Shown in pieces: positions 1 through 10,239 of a DNA stretch of 64,000 nt. Where the stretch lies: NCBI RefSeq assembly GCF_003018235.1, contig NZ_CP027439.1. One strand, written 5' to 3'. The notes beneath the pieces were generated by a model. It ran no database searches. It had not been told where the DNA came from and worked only from the letters and a program-made list of their open reading frames with translations. The stretch is from Escherichia coli (GTDB lineage Bacteria; Pseudomonadota; Gammaproteobacteria; Enterobacterales; Enterobacteriaceae). Both the position numbers and the translations under genes were made by a program. Every line of letters begins with the position of its first letter. The stretch's first letter is position 1.

Positions 1-1269
1 CGCCTGTATGCCGCGTCACGTCTTGACCCGGAGACGTATAAGAAAGTCCATGATGCCGGTTTCCGCTGGGCACCAAAACAGGCGCTGTTTGTCGCGCCAG
101 CTTGGACACCGGGCCGGGAAGATGTGCTCCTCTCACTTGCCGGAGAGATTGAGGATGAAGACAGCACACTCGCTGAACGTCAGGAAGCACGGGCGGAGCG
201 GTTTACTGGATACAGCGGAAAGCGGGCCAGTGAATCCGCACAGGCACTTGATGAAGTGGAAAGACTGGCCGCGATGATCCCGCCCGGTCAGCCCATTCTT
301 GTGGGGCATCACAGCGAACGCCGCGCCCGTCGTGATGCGCAGCGTATTGAAAACGGCATGAAACGTGCTGTGATGCTCTTTGAACGTGCAGAATACTGGG
401 AAGAGCGGGCGCGCTCGGCACTGCTTCACGCGAAGTATAAAGAACGTCCGGACGTTCGCTGGCGTCGTATCAAAAAAATCGAAGCTGATTTGCGCAAGTC
501 TGAAAAGACCATCGCGCAGTCGCAGAAATATCTGACGATGTGGCGGGCTGAATCGCTGGATCTGAATATGGCAAAACTCATCAGCAGTCATGACCATATC
601 AGCGCCTGTTTCCCGCTGGATACGTATCCGCGCCCGGCAGAAAAAAGCCAGTATGAAGGAAGTCGCTCGTTATGGTCGGCCCTGGATGATGACATCATCA
701 CCACGGAGCAGGCCCGTGAAATTGCGATCCGCTGTCATGAACGGCAGATTCAGCGTCAGCAACGCTGGGTTAACCACTATCAGAACCGCCTGATCTATGA
801 GCGTGCCATGCTGGACGAAAGCGGCGGCGTGGTTACCCGGACACAGGATTTTGAGCCGGGCGGACAGGTTTTCAGCCGGGGTGAGTGGCTGACCATCATC
901 CGCGTGAACAAAAGCAACGGGGCGGTGAGTTCAGTCACAACGCCAAATTACAGTTTTCTCGGGTACAGCGGCACGATGAAAGTGACGCCCGATCGCATCA
1001 CGGACTACAAAGCACCATCGGCAGAAGAGGCTGCCGTCGCCAGCCAGGCCGCGAAGCGTCCGCCGGTAGTCAACTATCCGGGGGAAGGTTTCCGGGAAAT
1101 GACAAAGGCACAGTGGGCCGCCCTGCCCCGGGACTGTAAGGCCGTGCGCAGTGTGGCAGAAGCAGAAGACCACGGGGCATACCGCTACCGCCGCACAATG
1201 GACAATAATTTCCGTCTGGTGAATGTGTATATCACCGACATGAAAATTACGGAAATCCCACAGAAATAA
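1..1269 (+). CDS. Leading-region protein of unknown function, 5' end lies outside the window
   Basis: Reading frame is open from window position 1 with no upstream stop; the listed 381-aa ORF 124..1269 is its C-terminal part. Sits upstream of the methyltransferase and ssb, as in F-like leading regions. Confidence 0.55.
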   Translation, partial: RLYAASRLDPETYKKVHDAGFRWAPKQALFVAPAWTPGREDVLLSLAGEIEDEDSTLAERQEARAERFTGYSGKRASESAQALDEVERLAAMIPPGQPILVGHHSERRARRDAQRIENGMKRAVMLFERAEYWEERARSALLHAKYKERPDVRWRRIKKIEADLRKSEKTIAQSQKYLTMWRAESLDLNMAKLISSHDHISACFPLDTYPRPAEKSQYEGSRSLWSALDDDIITTEQAREIAIRCHERQIQRQQRWVNHYQNRLIYERAMLDESGGVVTRTQDFEPGGQVFSRGEWLTIIRVNKSNGAVSSVTTPNYSFLGYSGTMKVTPDRITDYKAPSAEEAAVASQAAKRPPVVNYPGEGFREMTKAQWAALPRDCKAVRSVAEAEDHGAYRYRRTMDNNFRLVNVYITDMKITEIPQK

Positions 1270-1315
1270 GGTATATCCCCCCGGGAAATCCCCGGGGGAT
1301 GACGGAGATAATGAC

Positions 1316-1879
1316 ATGCACAGTCAGTTAAAAGAACGTATCCGGCTGATGCGCGCAAGGCTGGATAACGCCGCGCCGGTTGCTGAAATCCGGGCTGAAT
1401 CTCAGCTTTTTGTGACTCCTGCCCCGGTCTGTGATCGCCTGGTGACGCTGGCGGAGATCAGCAACCGTGATCACATTCTGGAACCCTCTGCCGGCACCGG
1501 GGCCATACTGCGGGCGATTCGGGATACCGCGCCGGGGGCCATGTGTGATGCGGTGGAAATCAACAGCGGGCTGGTCCGGTATCTGCGGGAAAATTTTAAC
1601 GGTGTCAGGGTTCAGTGTGGCGACTTCATGGAATGGCAGCCGGTGCAGTATTACAGCCGGGTTATCATGAATCCGCCGTTCAGCCACGGGCAGGATATCC
1701 GGCATATCCTGCGGGCCTTTTCCCTGTTGCGTCCGGGTGGCGTGCTGGTTGCCGTCTGTCTGAACGGGCCGCGCCAGCAGGAGAAGCTGTTACCGTTTTC
1801 TGACGTCCGCGAGGAGCTGCCACGCGGCACGTTTGCTTATACCGATGTTCCGACGATGATTATTCGTCTGCGTGCCTGA
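1316..1879 (+). CDS. Orphan DNA methyltransferase (N6-adenine type)
   Basis: 187-aa ORF with AdoMet-binding motif EPSAGTGA and catalytic NPPF motif; no adjacent restriction endonuclease gene. Confidence 0.75.
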   Translation: MHSQLKERIRLMRARLDNAAPVAEIRAESQLFVTPAPVCDRLVTLAEISNRDHILEPSAGTGAILRAIRDTAPGAMCDAVEINSGLVRYLRENFNGVRVQCGDFMEWQPVQYYSRVIMNPPFSHGQDIRHILRAFSLLRPGGVLVAVCLNGPRQQEKLLPFSDVREELPRGTFAYTDVPTMIIRLRA

Positions 1880-2060
1880 TGACTCCGGGCAGGCGGGAGG
1901 ACAAATGCCCGTCTGCCCGCGCCGGGAAAAGACCGCGCGCCGGTGGCGCTGAAAGGGGCCGCGCTCACGCGCCGCCCCTTACATTACGCGGACATTCTGC
2001 TGTGGGCTTCTGTCTTTTCAGACCTGTCATTTGTCTGTTACTGATGATGTTGTTGTTCCT

Positions 2061-2108
2061 GCTACTGCTACTGCTACTGCTACTGCTACTGCTACTGCTA
2101 CTGCTACT
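2061..2108. repeat. Hexanucleotide microsatellite (GCTACT)x8
   Basis: Eight perfect tandem copies read directly from the sequence; preceded by TGATGA/TGTTGT triplet repeats. Confidence 0.9.
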
Positions 2109-2109
2109 G

Positions 2110-2700
2110 TTCTTCTTTTTTCTGCTGTTCTGATTACTGCCTGTTTTGTTGTTCTCCTGCTTATGCCTTTTCCGGGCGTCCCCCTGGCGGGGCGGGCTGT
2201 CGTGAACGGAGCCAGCGAAGCTGTCTCCGCCCTGGCGGGCTTCCATCCCTGACGCGAAACCCCGGGCTTGCAGCGACCGTTCCGGTCGCGCCGCCTCTGT
2301 CGCGCCGTGGCCTGCGCTCCCGGCATCCCGGCAAAAGGCCGCCGGGATGTAAGGGGCAACGCCGTTTCGCAAACCGCGCTTCACGTCGTTGCGGCGGGTC
2401 CCTGTCCGTTGTTGTGTCCGGTGCCATTCACCTGTTTAAGCCCCTGTCGCCGGGGGCTGATACAGCCACAACCGTCTCCGCCAGTCCAGGGGTGAAATGT
2501 ACATCCCGCAAAACTTTTTGCCCAAAAGCAGGCAAAAACTTTTGCGGTCTGCCCCCGGACAGTCGTTTCCGGCCGTGGCAGTGATGCCCCTTGCGGCGAA
2601 GGTTCTCAAAAAGGTGATGGTGAATACCGGAGGGAACAAAAGGCAGGTCCCCGCAAAACGTCAAAACCGCGGCTCCCGAAACTCAAAAGATGATGGGGGC
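2110..2700 (+). promoter_or_regulatory. Frpo/ssi-like structured repeat, copy A (candidate single-strand promoter) upstream of ssb
   Basis: About 600 bp of GC-rich, hairpin-dense non-coding DNA ending just before the ssb RBS; paralogous to 7480..8125. Contains hairpin 2506..2547 (ccgcaaaactttttgcc/ggcaaaaacttttgcgg). Confidence 0.5.
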
Positions 2701-2728
2701 TGAAAACATCAACAGAAGGAGGCACATC

Positions 2729-3558
<830 letters not shown>

Positions 3559-3621
3559 GAGAGGTGCCGGACGGGAACGCGTCCGGCAGACATACAACCA
3601 TCCCGGTCAAAGGAGAAATAT

Positions 3622-5580
3622 ATGTCAGTTACAGAGTCTAAGACAAAAACGGAGCGTAAATCCAGCCGTAAACCTGCAAAAACGCAGGAAACAGTCCTGT
3701 CTGCCCTGCTGGCGCAGACGGAGGAAGTGAGCGTGCCGCTGGCCTCACTGATTAAATCACCGCTGAATGTGCGCACGGTGCCGTATTCTGCGGAGTCCGT
3801 CAGCGAACTGGCGGACTCCATTAAAGGCGTCGGCCTGTTACAGAATCTGGTTGTTCATGCCCTGCCAGGTGACCGTTACGGTGTCGCCGCAGGTGGTCGC
3901 CGACTGGCTGCACTCAACATGCTGGCAGAGCGTGGCATCATTCCGGCTGACTGGCCTGTCCGTGTGAAGGTCATTCCGCAGGAGCTGGCGACGGCGGCAT
4001 CAATGACTGAAAACGGTCATCGTCGGGATATGCACCCTGCTGAACAGATTGCCGGATTCCGCGCAATGGCGCAGGAAGGCAAAACACCTGCACAAATCGG
4101 TGATTTGCTGGGCTATTCACCCCGCCATGTCCAGCGAATGCTGAAACTGGCAGATCTTGCGCCTGTCATCCTCGATGCGCTGGCAGAAGACCGCATCACC
4201 ACCGAACACTGTCAGGCGCTGGCACTGGAGAACGACACCGCGCGTCAGGTGCAGGTGTTTGAAGCCGCCTGCCAGTCAGGATGGGGTGGAAAACCGGAAG
4301 TGCAGACCATTCGTCGTCTGGTGACCGAAAGTGAAGTGGCGGTGGCGGGGAACAGTAAATTCCGCTTCGTGGGGGCTGATGCCTTCTCGCCAGATGAACT
4401 GCGCACCGATTTGTTCAGCGACGACGAGGGTGGCTATGTGGACTGTGTTGCGCTCGATGTCGCCCTGCTGGAAAAACTCCAGGCTGTCGCAGAGTTCCTT
4501 CGGGAAGCCGAAGGCTGGGAATGGTGCGCCGGACGTATGGAGCCTGTTGGTGAGTGCCGTGAGGATGCCGGAACATACCGCTGTCTGCCGGAGCCGGAAG
4601 CGGTGCTGACGGAGGCGGAAGAAGAACGCCTGAACGAACTGATGGCACGTTACGACGCGCCGGAAAACCAGAGTGAGGAATCCGACCTGCTGGAAGCCGA
4701 AATGAAGCTGATGCGCTGCATGGCGAAGGTCAGGGCGTGGACGCCGGAGATGCGTGCCGGAAGTGGCGTGGTGGTGTCCTGGCGTTATGGCAACGTGTGT
4801 GTCCAGCGTGGTGTGCAGTTGCGCAGTGAGGATGATGTGGCTGATAACGATTACCGCACGGAACAGGTGCAGGAGAAAGCCTCAGTGGAGGAAATCAGTC
4901 TGCCGCTGCTGACGAAAATGTCCTCAGAGCGCACGCTGGCAGTCCAGGCGGCACTGATGCAGCAATCAGACAAATCCCTGGCACTTCTGGCATGGACACT
5001 CTGTCTGAATGTATTTGGCAGTGGAGCGTACAGCAATCCCGCCAGAATCCGCCTGGAATGTGAGCATTATTCGCTGACCAGCGATGCGCCGTCAGGGAAG
5101 GAAGGTGCCGCATTCATGGCGATGATGGCAGAAAAAGCCCGTCTTGCCGCCCTGCTGCCGGATGGATGGGCACGGGATATGACGACGTTCCTGTCACTCA
5201 GTCAGGAGGTGCTGTTATCACTGCTCAGTTTCTGCACCGCGTGCAGTATCCACGGTGTCCAGACCCGTGAGTATGGTCACACGTCACGCAGTCCGCTGGA
5301 TTCGCTGGAAAGCGCCATCGGCTTTCACATGCGCGACTGGTGGCAGCCGACAAAAGCAAACTTCTTCGGACACCTGAAAAAGCCGCAGATTATCGCAGCC
5401 CTGAATGAGGCAGGACTGTCCGGTGCTGCACGGGACGCGGAGAAGATGAAGAAAGGCGATGCGGCTGAACATGCAGAGTTCCACATGAAAGACAACCGCT
5501 GGGTGCCTGGCTGGATGTGTGCACCACGCCCACAGACGGATGCCACTGAACGCACCGATAACCTGGCTGATGCCGCCTGA
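3622..5580 (+). CDS. ParB-like nuclease-domain protein (leading region)
   Basis: 652-aa ORF whose N-terminal region has a ParB/Srx-like fold signature (LLQNLVVHALPGDRYGVAAGGRRLAALNM); RBS AAGGAG upstream. Confidence 0.7.
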   Translation: MSVTESKTKTERKSSRKPAKTQETVLSALLAQTEEVSVPLASLIKSPLNVRTVPYSAESVSELADSIKGVGLLQNLVVHALPGDRYGVAAGGRRLAALNMLAERGIIPADWPVRVKVIPQELATAASMTENGHRRDMHPAEQIAGFRAMAQEGKTPAQIGDLLGYSPRHVQRMLKLADLAPVILDALAEDRITTEHCQALALENDTARQVQVFEAACQSGWGGKPEVQTIRRLVTESEVAVAGNSKFRFVGADAFSPDELRTDLFSDDEGGYVDCVALDVALLEKLQAVAEFLREAEGWEWCAGRMEPVGECREDAGTYRCLPEPEAVLTEAEEERLNELMARYDAPENQSEESDLLEAEMKLMRCMAKVRAWTPEMRAGSGVVVSWRYGNVCVQRGVQLRSEDDVADNDYRTEQVQEKASVEEISLPLLTKMSSERTLAVQAALMQQSDKSLALLAWTLCLNVFGSGAYSNPARIRLECEHYSLTSDAPSGKEGAAFMAMMAEKARLAALLPDGWARDMTTFLSLSQEVLLSLLSFCTACSIHGVQTREYGHTSRSPLDSLESAIGFHMRDWWQPTKANFFGHLKKPQIIAALNEAGLSGAARDAEKMKKGDAAEHAEFHMKDNRWVPGWMCAPRPQTDATERTDNLADAA

Positions 5581-5634
5581 TGAACAACCACACCGCCCCG
5601 CCGGAGACGGGGCGGCAGCAAGGGAGATACCGTG

Positions 5635-6069
5635 ATGAAAACTGAACTGACCCTGAATGTATTACAGACCATGAACGCACAGGAATATGAAGATATCCGG
5701 GCTGCCGGAAGTGATGAACGCCGTGAGCTGACTCACGCCGTGATGCGGGAGCTGGATGCGCCGGATAACTGGACGATGAACGGCGAGTACGGCAGCGAGT
5801 TTGGCGGCTTTTTCCCCGTCCAGGTCCGTTTCACGCCTGCCCACGAACGTTTTCACCTGGCGTTATGTTCACCGGGCGATGTCTCTCAGGTCTGGGTGCT
5901 GGTTCTGGTGAATGCCGGTGGTGAGCCGTTTGCGGTGGTTCAGGTACAGCGGCGGTTTGCACCGGAAGCCGTCAGCCATTCACTGGCACTGGCGGCGTCA
6001 CTGGATACGCAGGGGTACAGCGTTAACGACATCATCCATATCCTGATGGCGGAAGGAGGTCAGGTATGA
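5635..6069 (+). CDS. psiB: Plasmid SOS inhibition protein B
   Basis: 144-aa product starting [25 protein letters not shown], matching PsiB in length and sequence. Confidence 0.9.
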   Translation: MKTELTLNVLQTMNAQEYEDIRAAGSDERRELTHAVMRELDAPDNWTMNGEYGSEFGGFFPVQVRFTPAHERFHLALCSPGDVSQVWVLVLVNAGGEPFAVVQVQRRFAPEAVSHSLALAASLDTQGYSVNDIIHILMAEGGQV

Positions 6070-6785
6070 GCGTACGTTCACAGGCACTGGTTCCCCTCAG
6101 CACAGAGCAACAGGCCGCATGGCGGGCGGTGGCGGAGACAGAAAAACGCCGCCATCAGGGTAACACGCTGGCGGAATATCCGTATGCGGGGGCGTTTTTC
6201 CGCTGTCTGAACGGAAGCCGCAGGATATCGCTGTCTGACCTGCGATTTTTCATGCCGTCCCTGACCGCAGAAGAACTGCACGGCAACCGTCTTCAGTGGC
6301 TGTATGCAGTCGATGTGCTGATTGAAACACAGGGCGAGGTCTGCCTCCTTCCCCTTCCCGGTGATGCAGCAGAGCGGTTGTTTCCGTCGGTGCGGTTTCG
6401 TGTCAGGGAGCGCAGTCGCCATAAATCCGCGCTGGTCATGCAGAAGTACAGCCGCCAGCAGGCACGGGAGGCAGAGCAGAAAGCCCGTGCGTACCAGGCG
6501 CTGGTCGCTCAGGCTGAAATCGAACTGGCATTCCATTCGCCGGAAACAGTCGGAAGCTGGCATGCACGCTGGAGTGACCGGGTGGCAGAGCATGACCTGG
6601 AAACCCTGTTCTGGCAGTGGGGCGAGCGTTTTCCGTCACTGGCCGGAATGGAACGCTGGCAGTGGCAGGATATGCCGTTCTGGCAGGTTATTGCGGAAGC
6701 CAGTCTTGCAGCAAGAGAGGCCGGTCACGCTGTCCGTGAGATGGAGCGGTGGATGGTGCCGAACAAACTCCGGGAGGCTGCGTGA
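6066..6785 (+). CDS. psiA: Plasmid SOS inhibition protein A
   Basis: 239 aa, start overlaps the psiB stop (ATGA); conserved psiB-psiA operon arrangement. Confidence 0.85.
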   Translation: MSVRSQALVPLSTEQQAAWRAVAETEKRRHQGNTLAEYPYAGAFFRCLNGSRRISLSDLRFFMPSLTAEELHGNRLQWLYAVDVLIETQGEVCLLPLPGDAAERLFPSVRFRVRERSRHKSALVMQKYSRQQAREAEQKARAYQALVAQAEIELAFHSPETVGSWHARWSDRVAEHDLETLFWQWGERFPSLAGMERWQWQDMPFWQVIAEASLAAREAGHAVREMERWMVPNKLREAA

Positions 6786-6929
6786 TGCGGCAACAATCAC
6801 ACAGATTACCCGTAAACAGCCTGAATGAGCGGGTTATTTTCAGGAAAAGTGAGTGTGGTCAGCGTGCAGGGATATGGGCTATGATGTGCCCGGCGCTTGA
6901 GGCTTTCTGCCTCATGACGTGAAGGTGGT

Positions 6930-7010
6930 TTGTTGCCGTGTTGTGTGGCAGAAAGAAGATAGCCCCGTAGTAAGTTAATTTTCATTAACCACCACGAGGC
7001 ATCCCTATGT
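6930..7010 (-). ncRNA. sok: Sok/FlmB-like antisense RNA of the hok-type killer locus (approximate position)
   Basis: Placed from the hok/sok paradigm: antisense to the leader and mok start upstream of hok. No promoter or ends were mapped. Confidence 0.3.
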
Positions 7011-7219
7011 CTAGTCCACATCAGGATAGCCTCTTACCGCGCTTTGCGCAAGGAGAAGAAGGCCATGAAACTACCACGAAGTTCCCTTGTCTGGTGTGTG
7101 TTGATCGTGTGTCTCACACTGTTGATATTCACTTATCTGACACGAAAATCGCTGTGCGAGATTCGTTACAGAGACGGACACAGGGAGGTGGCGGCTTTCA
7201 TGGCTTACGAATCCGGTAA
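7007..7219 (+). CDS. mok: Mok/FlmC-like overlapping reading frame (modulation of killing)
   Basis: 70-aa ORF overlapping hok in a different frame, as in hok/sok and flm loci. Confidence 0.6.
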   Translation: MSSPHQDSLLPRFAQGEEGHETTTKFPCLVCVDRVSHTVDIHLSDTKIAVRDSLQRRTQGGGGFHGLRIR

Positions 7220-7223
7220 GTAG
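7065..7223 (+). CDS. hok: Hok/FlmA-family type I toxin
   Basis: 52-aa peptide [52 protein letters not shown], typical Hok/Gef family; followed by GC-rich hairpins (fbi/terminator-like) at 7225..7330. Confidence 0.88.
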   Translation: MKLPRSSLVWCVLIVCLTLLIFTYLTRKSLCEIRYRDGHREVAAFMAYESGK

Positions 7224-7479
7224 CAACCTGGAGGCGGGCGCAGGCCCGCCTTTTCAGGACTGATGCTGGTCTGACTACTGAAGCGCCTTTATAAAGGGGC
7301 TGCTGGTTCGCTGGTAGCCCCTTTCTCCTTGCTGATGTTGTACGGGCATGAACAACCTGACTTCAGGAAGATCGTTTCCCTTCAGGAACGGGGATGAACG
7401 CGCGCCTGCGGCGCCCGTTCTTTTCCCCCGCCTTCTCTGGTTATGGCCTGTCAGAAATCACATCACCTTCCCTGTGATT

Positions 7480-8125
7480 ATTCTCTTTTTCTTCCTGCTC
7501 TGATTCTGACTACTGCAGTGTTGTCCTGTCTGCTAGGCGCACCTTCGGCTCCCGGCTGCCTGGCGGCATCCGGTCGTCAGGCCCGACTCCGACAGGCAGC
7601 TGCTGGCGCACCTGCCAGTCTCCGCCGAACCCGCTGGCGCGGTTTCGGGCTGTCGCTACGGTCCGATGCGTGAAAACCACAGGCTTGCAGCGACCGTTCC
7701 GGTCGCGCCGCCTCTGTCGCGCCGTAGCCTGCGCTCCCGGCATCCCGGCAAAAGGCCGCCGGGATGTAAGGGGCAACGCCGTTTCGCAAACCGCGCTTCA
7801 CGTCGTTGCGGCGGGTCCCTGCCCGTTGTTGTGTCCGGTGCCATTCACCTGTTTAAGCCCCTGTCGCCGGGGGCTGATACAGCCACAACCTGCCGCACTG
7901 ACTGTCCAGGGTAAATGAACAGCCCACAAAATTTTTTACCCAAAACCCGGTAAAAAATTTTGCGTTCTGCCCAGGACAGGTGCGTCAGGCCGTGGCAGTG
8001 ATGCCCCTTGCGGCGAAGGTTCTCAAACAGGTGATGGTTAATACCGGAGGGAACAAAAGGCAGGTCCCCGCAAAACGTCAAAACCGCGGCTCCCGAAACT
8101 CAACAGATGATGGGGGCTGAAAACC
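7480..8125 (+). promoter_or_regulatory. Frpo/ssi-like structured repeat, copy B, upstream of the orf95-like gene
   Basis: Paralogue of 2110..2700 with long identical blocks (7683..7897, 7985..8125). Hairpin 7925..7964 (cacaaaattttttacc/ggtaaaaaattttgcg) carries compensatory changes relative to copy A. Confidence 0.5.
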
Positions 8126-8137
8126 AGAGAAAGCAGG

Positions 8138-8425
8138 ATGAGTACCCGAAATATCCACGTTAACACCGCGTCGTACACGCTTCTTGTTGCCGGGAAGAAA
8201 AAAAACACCGGGGAAGAGTGGGACGTCCTGGAATTCAGCAGCCTGACTGAGCTGAAAAAATATCGCAAAAGCCACCCGGAAAAGATGGCCTTCAGCTATA
8301 GCTACGCGCTCAGCCAGGGTGTGGATACGCAGTTCCGCCATATCAACATTGCGGAAGCTGATCACTTCAAACAGTTCCTGCGTCAGATTAAGCGTGCCGG
8401 CCTCGATATCCGGGCGATCTGCTGA
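8138..8425 (+). CDS. Leading-region protein, orf95-like
   Basis: 95-aa ORF directly downstream of Frpo-like copy B. Confidence 0.6.
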   Translation: MSTRNIHVNTASYTLLVAGKKKNTGEEWDVLEFSSLTELKKYRKSHPEKMAFSYSYALSQGVDTQFRHINIAEADHFKQFLRQIKRAGLDIRAIC

Positions 8426-8542
8426 CCGGATGTGATGAATATCCCTCCTGATTGTTGCAATGTTGTTAATGGAGAACGGGGGGATGATATTAAGCGGAAA
8501 AATTTTTTATTAAATTTATTCTTTCATAAAGGAGTAGCTGTT

Positions 8543-9364
8543 ATGCGATTAGCTTCCCGTTTTGGTCGGTATAATTCCATCCGCCGTGAACGTCCTTTAA
8601 CGGATGATGAATTAATGCAGTTCGTGCCTTCGGTATTTTCCGGTGATAAACATGAGTCCCGGAGTGAACGTTATACGTATATTCCAACAATCAATATCAT
8701 CAATAAGTTACGTGATGAAGGTTTCCAGCCATTCTTTGCCTGTCAGAGTCGGGTTCGTGATTTGGGGCGTCGGGAATACAGTAAATATATGTTACGTCTT
8801 CGTAGGGAAGGGCATATTAACGGGCAGGAAGTTCCTGAAATTATCCTGCTTAATTCACATGATGGTTCATCCAGTTATCAGATGATCCCGGGAATTTTTC
8901 GTTTTGTCTGCACAAATGGCCTGGTGTGCGGAAATAATTTTGGCGAAATCCGCGTTCCACATAAAGGTGATATTGTCGGGCAGGTTATCGAGGGAGCGTA
9001 TGAAGTGCTCGGTGTCTTTGATAAGGTCACTGATAATATGGAGGCAATGAAAGAAATTCATCTTAACAGTGACGAGCAACATTTATTTGGCAGAGCTGCC
9101 CTGATGGTCAGGTATGAAGATGAAAATAAAACGCCGGTGACGCCTGAACAGATAATTACTCCCCGTCGTCGGGAGGATAAACAGAACGATCTCTGGACAA
9201 CCTGGCAGCGGGTTCAGGAGAATATGATAAAAGGTGGATTATCGGGGCGAAGTGCCTCCGGGAAAAATACCAGGACAAGAGCCATTACAGGTATTGATGG
9301 TGATATAAGAATCAACAAAGCATTATGGATGATTGCCGAACAGTTCAGGGAGTGGAAGTCATGA
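8543..9364 (+). CDS. Leading-region protein, orf273-like (DUF932-type)
   Basis: 273-aa product from internal start MRLASRFGRY; size and position match the F-like orf273. Confidence 0.6.
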   Translation: MRLASRFGRYNSIRRERPLTDDELMQFVPSVFSGDKHESRSERYTYIPTINIINKLRDEGFQPFFACQSRVRDLGRREYSKYMLRLRREGHINGQEVPEIILLNSHDGSSSYQMIPGIFRFVCTNGLVCGNNFGEIRVPHKGDIVGQVIEGAYEVLGVFDKVTDNMEAMKEIHLNSDEQHLFGRAALMVRYEDENKTPVTPEQIITPRRREDKQNDLWTTWQRVQENMIKGGLSGRSASGKNTRTRAITGIDGDIRINKALWMIAEQFREWKS

Positions 9365-9660
9365 TAATATAAGTAAAGCCCCGAAAAATTTTTCGGGGCT
9401 TTACTTATATTATCATCCTGCGGCATTGCTATGTCGTCTGATATGCCTCAATTTCATCAACTGGCTTTTCGGTAGTATGTAAATATTGTGCCCGCGAAAA
9501 ATGGTCTGGCAGGAGGCTGCGCAGTTACCGGATATATATAAGATGGGTTCCCGCTTTGCGGGGCTTCGGCCAGTCAGTATTGTCACTCATATGATATTTT
9601 TGTGTGTGGCCTTCCATGCCGCTTTTGCGGCATAACCGATATCTGACAATGTCTGTAAGA

Positions 9661-10170
9661 TTAATTGTTCTGCACGCTGTTAATTTCCGGAAGTGATTTC
9701 TTCGTGGTCGGAACCTGGATGCCTTTACTGCTCTTTATCCCGGTATAAATCCGGTAAACCTCTGATGCGTAGGCAAGACGTCTCTGGTTCTGGCGTTCGG
9801 TCTTCCTGAATCCAGCATTGTATGCACCAACGGCCTCCCAGGAGACGCCCCATTTTTTAAAGGCTATTGCCAGATAATAAGCACCGGTATAAATGTTCAT
9901 GCAGGGATCTGTTGTCAGATGTTCCGGCTTAATTCCATAGCGGGCCAGTTCGTTAAAATGCTGGGAATCTACCTGCATCAGTCCGCTGCCATATCCCGTT
10001 ACCGGATTAATACCGATGGCATTAACCCGGTAACGGGATTCTTTCCATGATATTGCTCTCAGTAAATCAGGATCTATTTTGTAATCCCGGCCTGCAAGAT
10101 CAAAGCAATCAGTGGCATGGCAGATCTCATTTATAAACATCAGGCAGATGGCTAACATCCATTTTTTCAT
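9661..10170 (-). CDS. Lytic transglycosylase (orf169 / gene 19 family, VirB1-like)
   Basis: 169 aa with signal peptide [12 protein letters not shown] and transglycosylase motifs ([24 protein letters not shown]); RBS AGGTGG. Confidence 0.85.
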   Translation of the reverse strand: MKKWMLAICLMFINEICHATDCFDLAGRDYKIDPDLLRAISWKESRYRVNAIGINPVTGYGSGLMQVDSQHFNELARYGIKPEHLTTDPCMNIYTGAYYLAIAFKKWGVSWEAVGAYNAGFRKTERQNQRRLAYASEVYRIYTGIKSSKGIQVPTTKKSLPEINSVQNN

Positions 10171-10239
10171 TTTTCCACCTCTGGTGACTTTATCCGTAAA
10201 TAATTTAACCCACTCCACAAAAAGGCTCAACAGGTTGGT

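Noticed and set aside
8-277. 89-aa ORF at the window start
   Set aside because: Overlaps, in another frame, the longer ORF that is open from position 1 and continues to 1269.
2061-2108. Possible CRISPR array
   Set aside because: The repeats are a 6-bp microsatellite with no spacers; no CRISPR-like repeat-spacer architecture or cas genes were seen anywhere in the window.
1879-2133. 84-aa ORF with poly-Leu tract (and minus-strand ORF 1965..2384 with poly-Ser)
   Set aside because: Both are translations of the (GCTACT)n microsatellite and the structured non-coding region.
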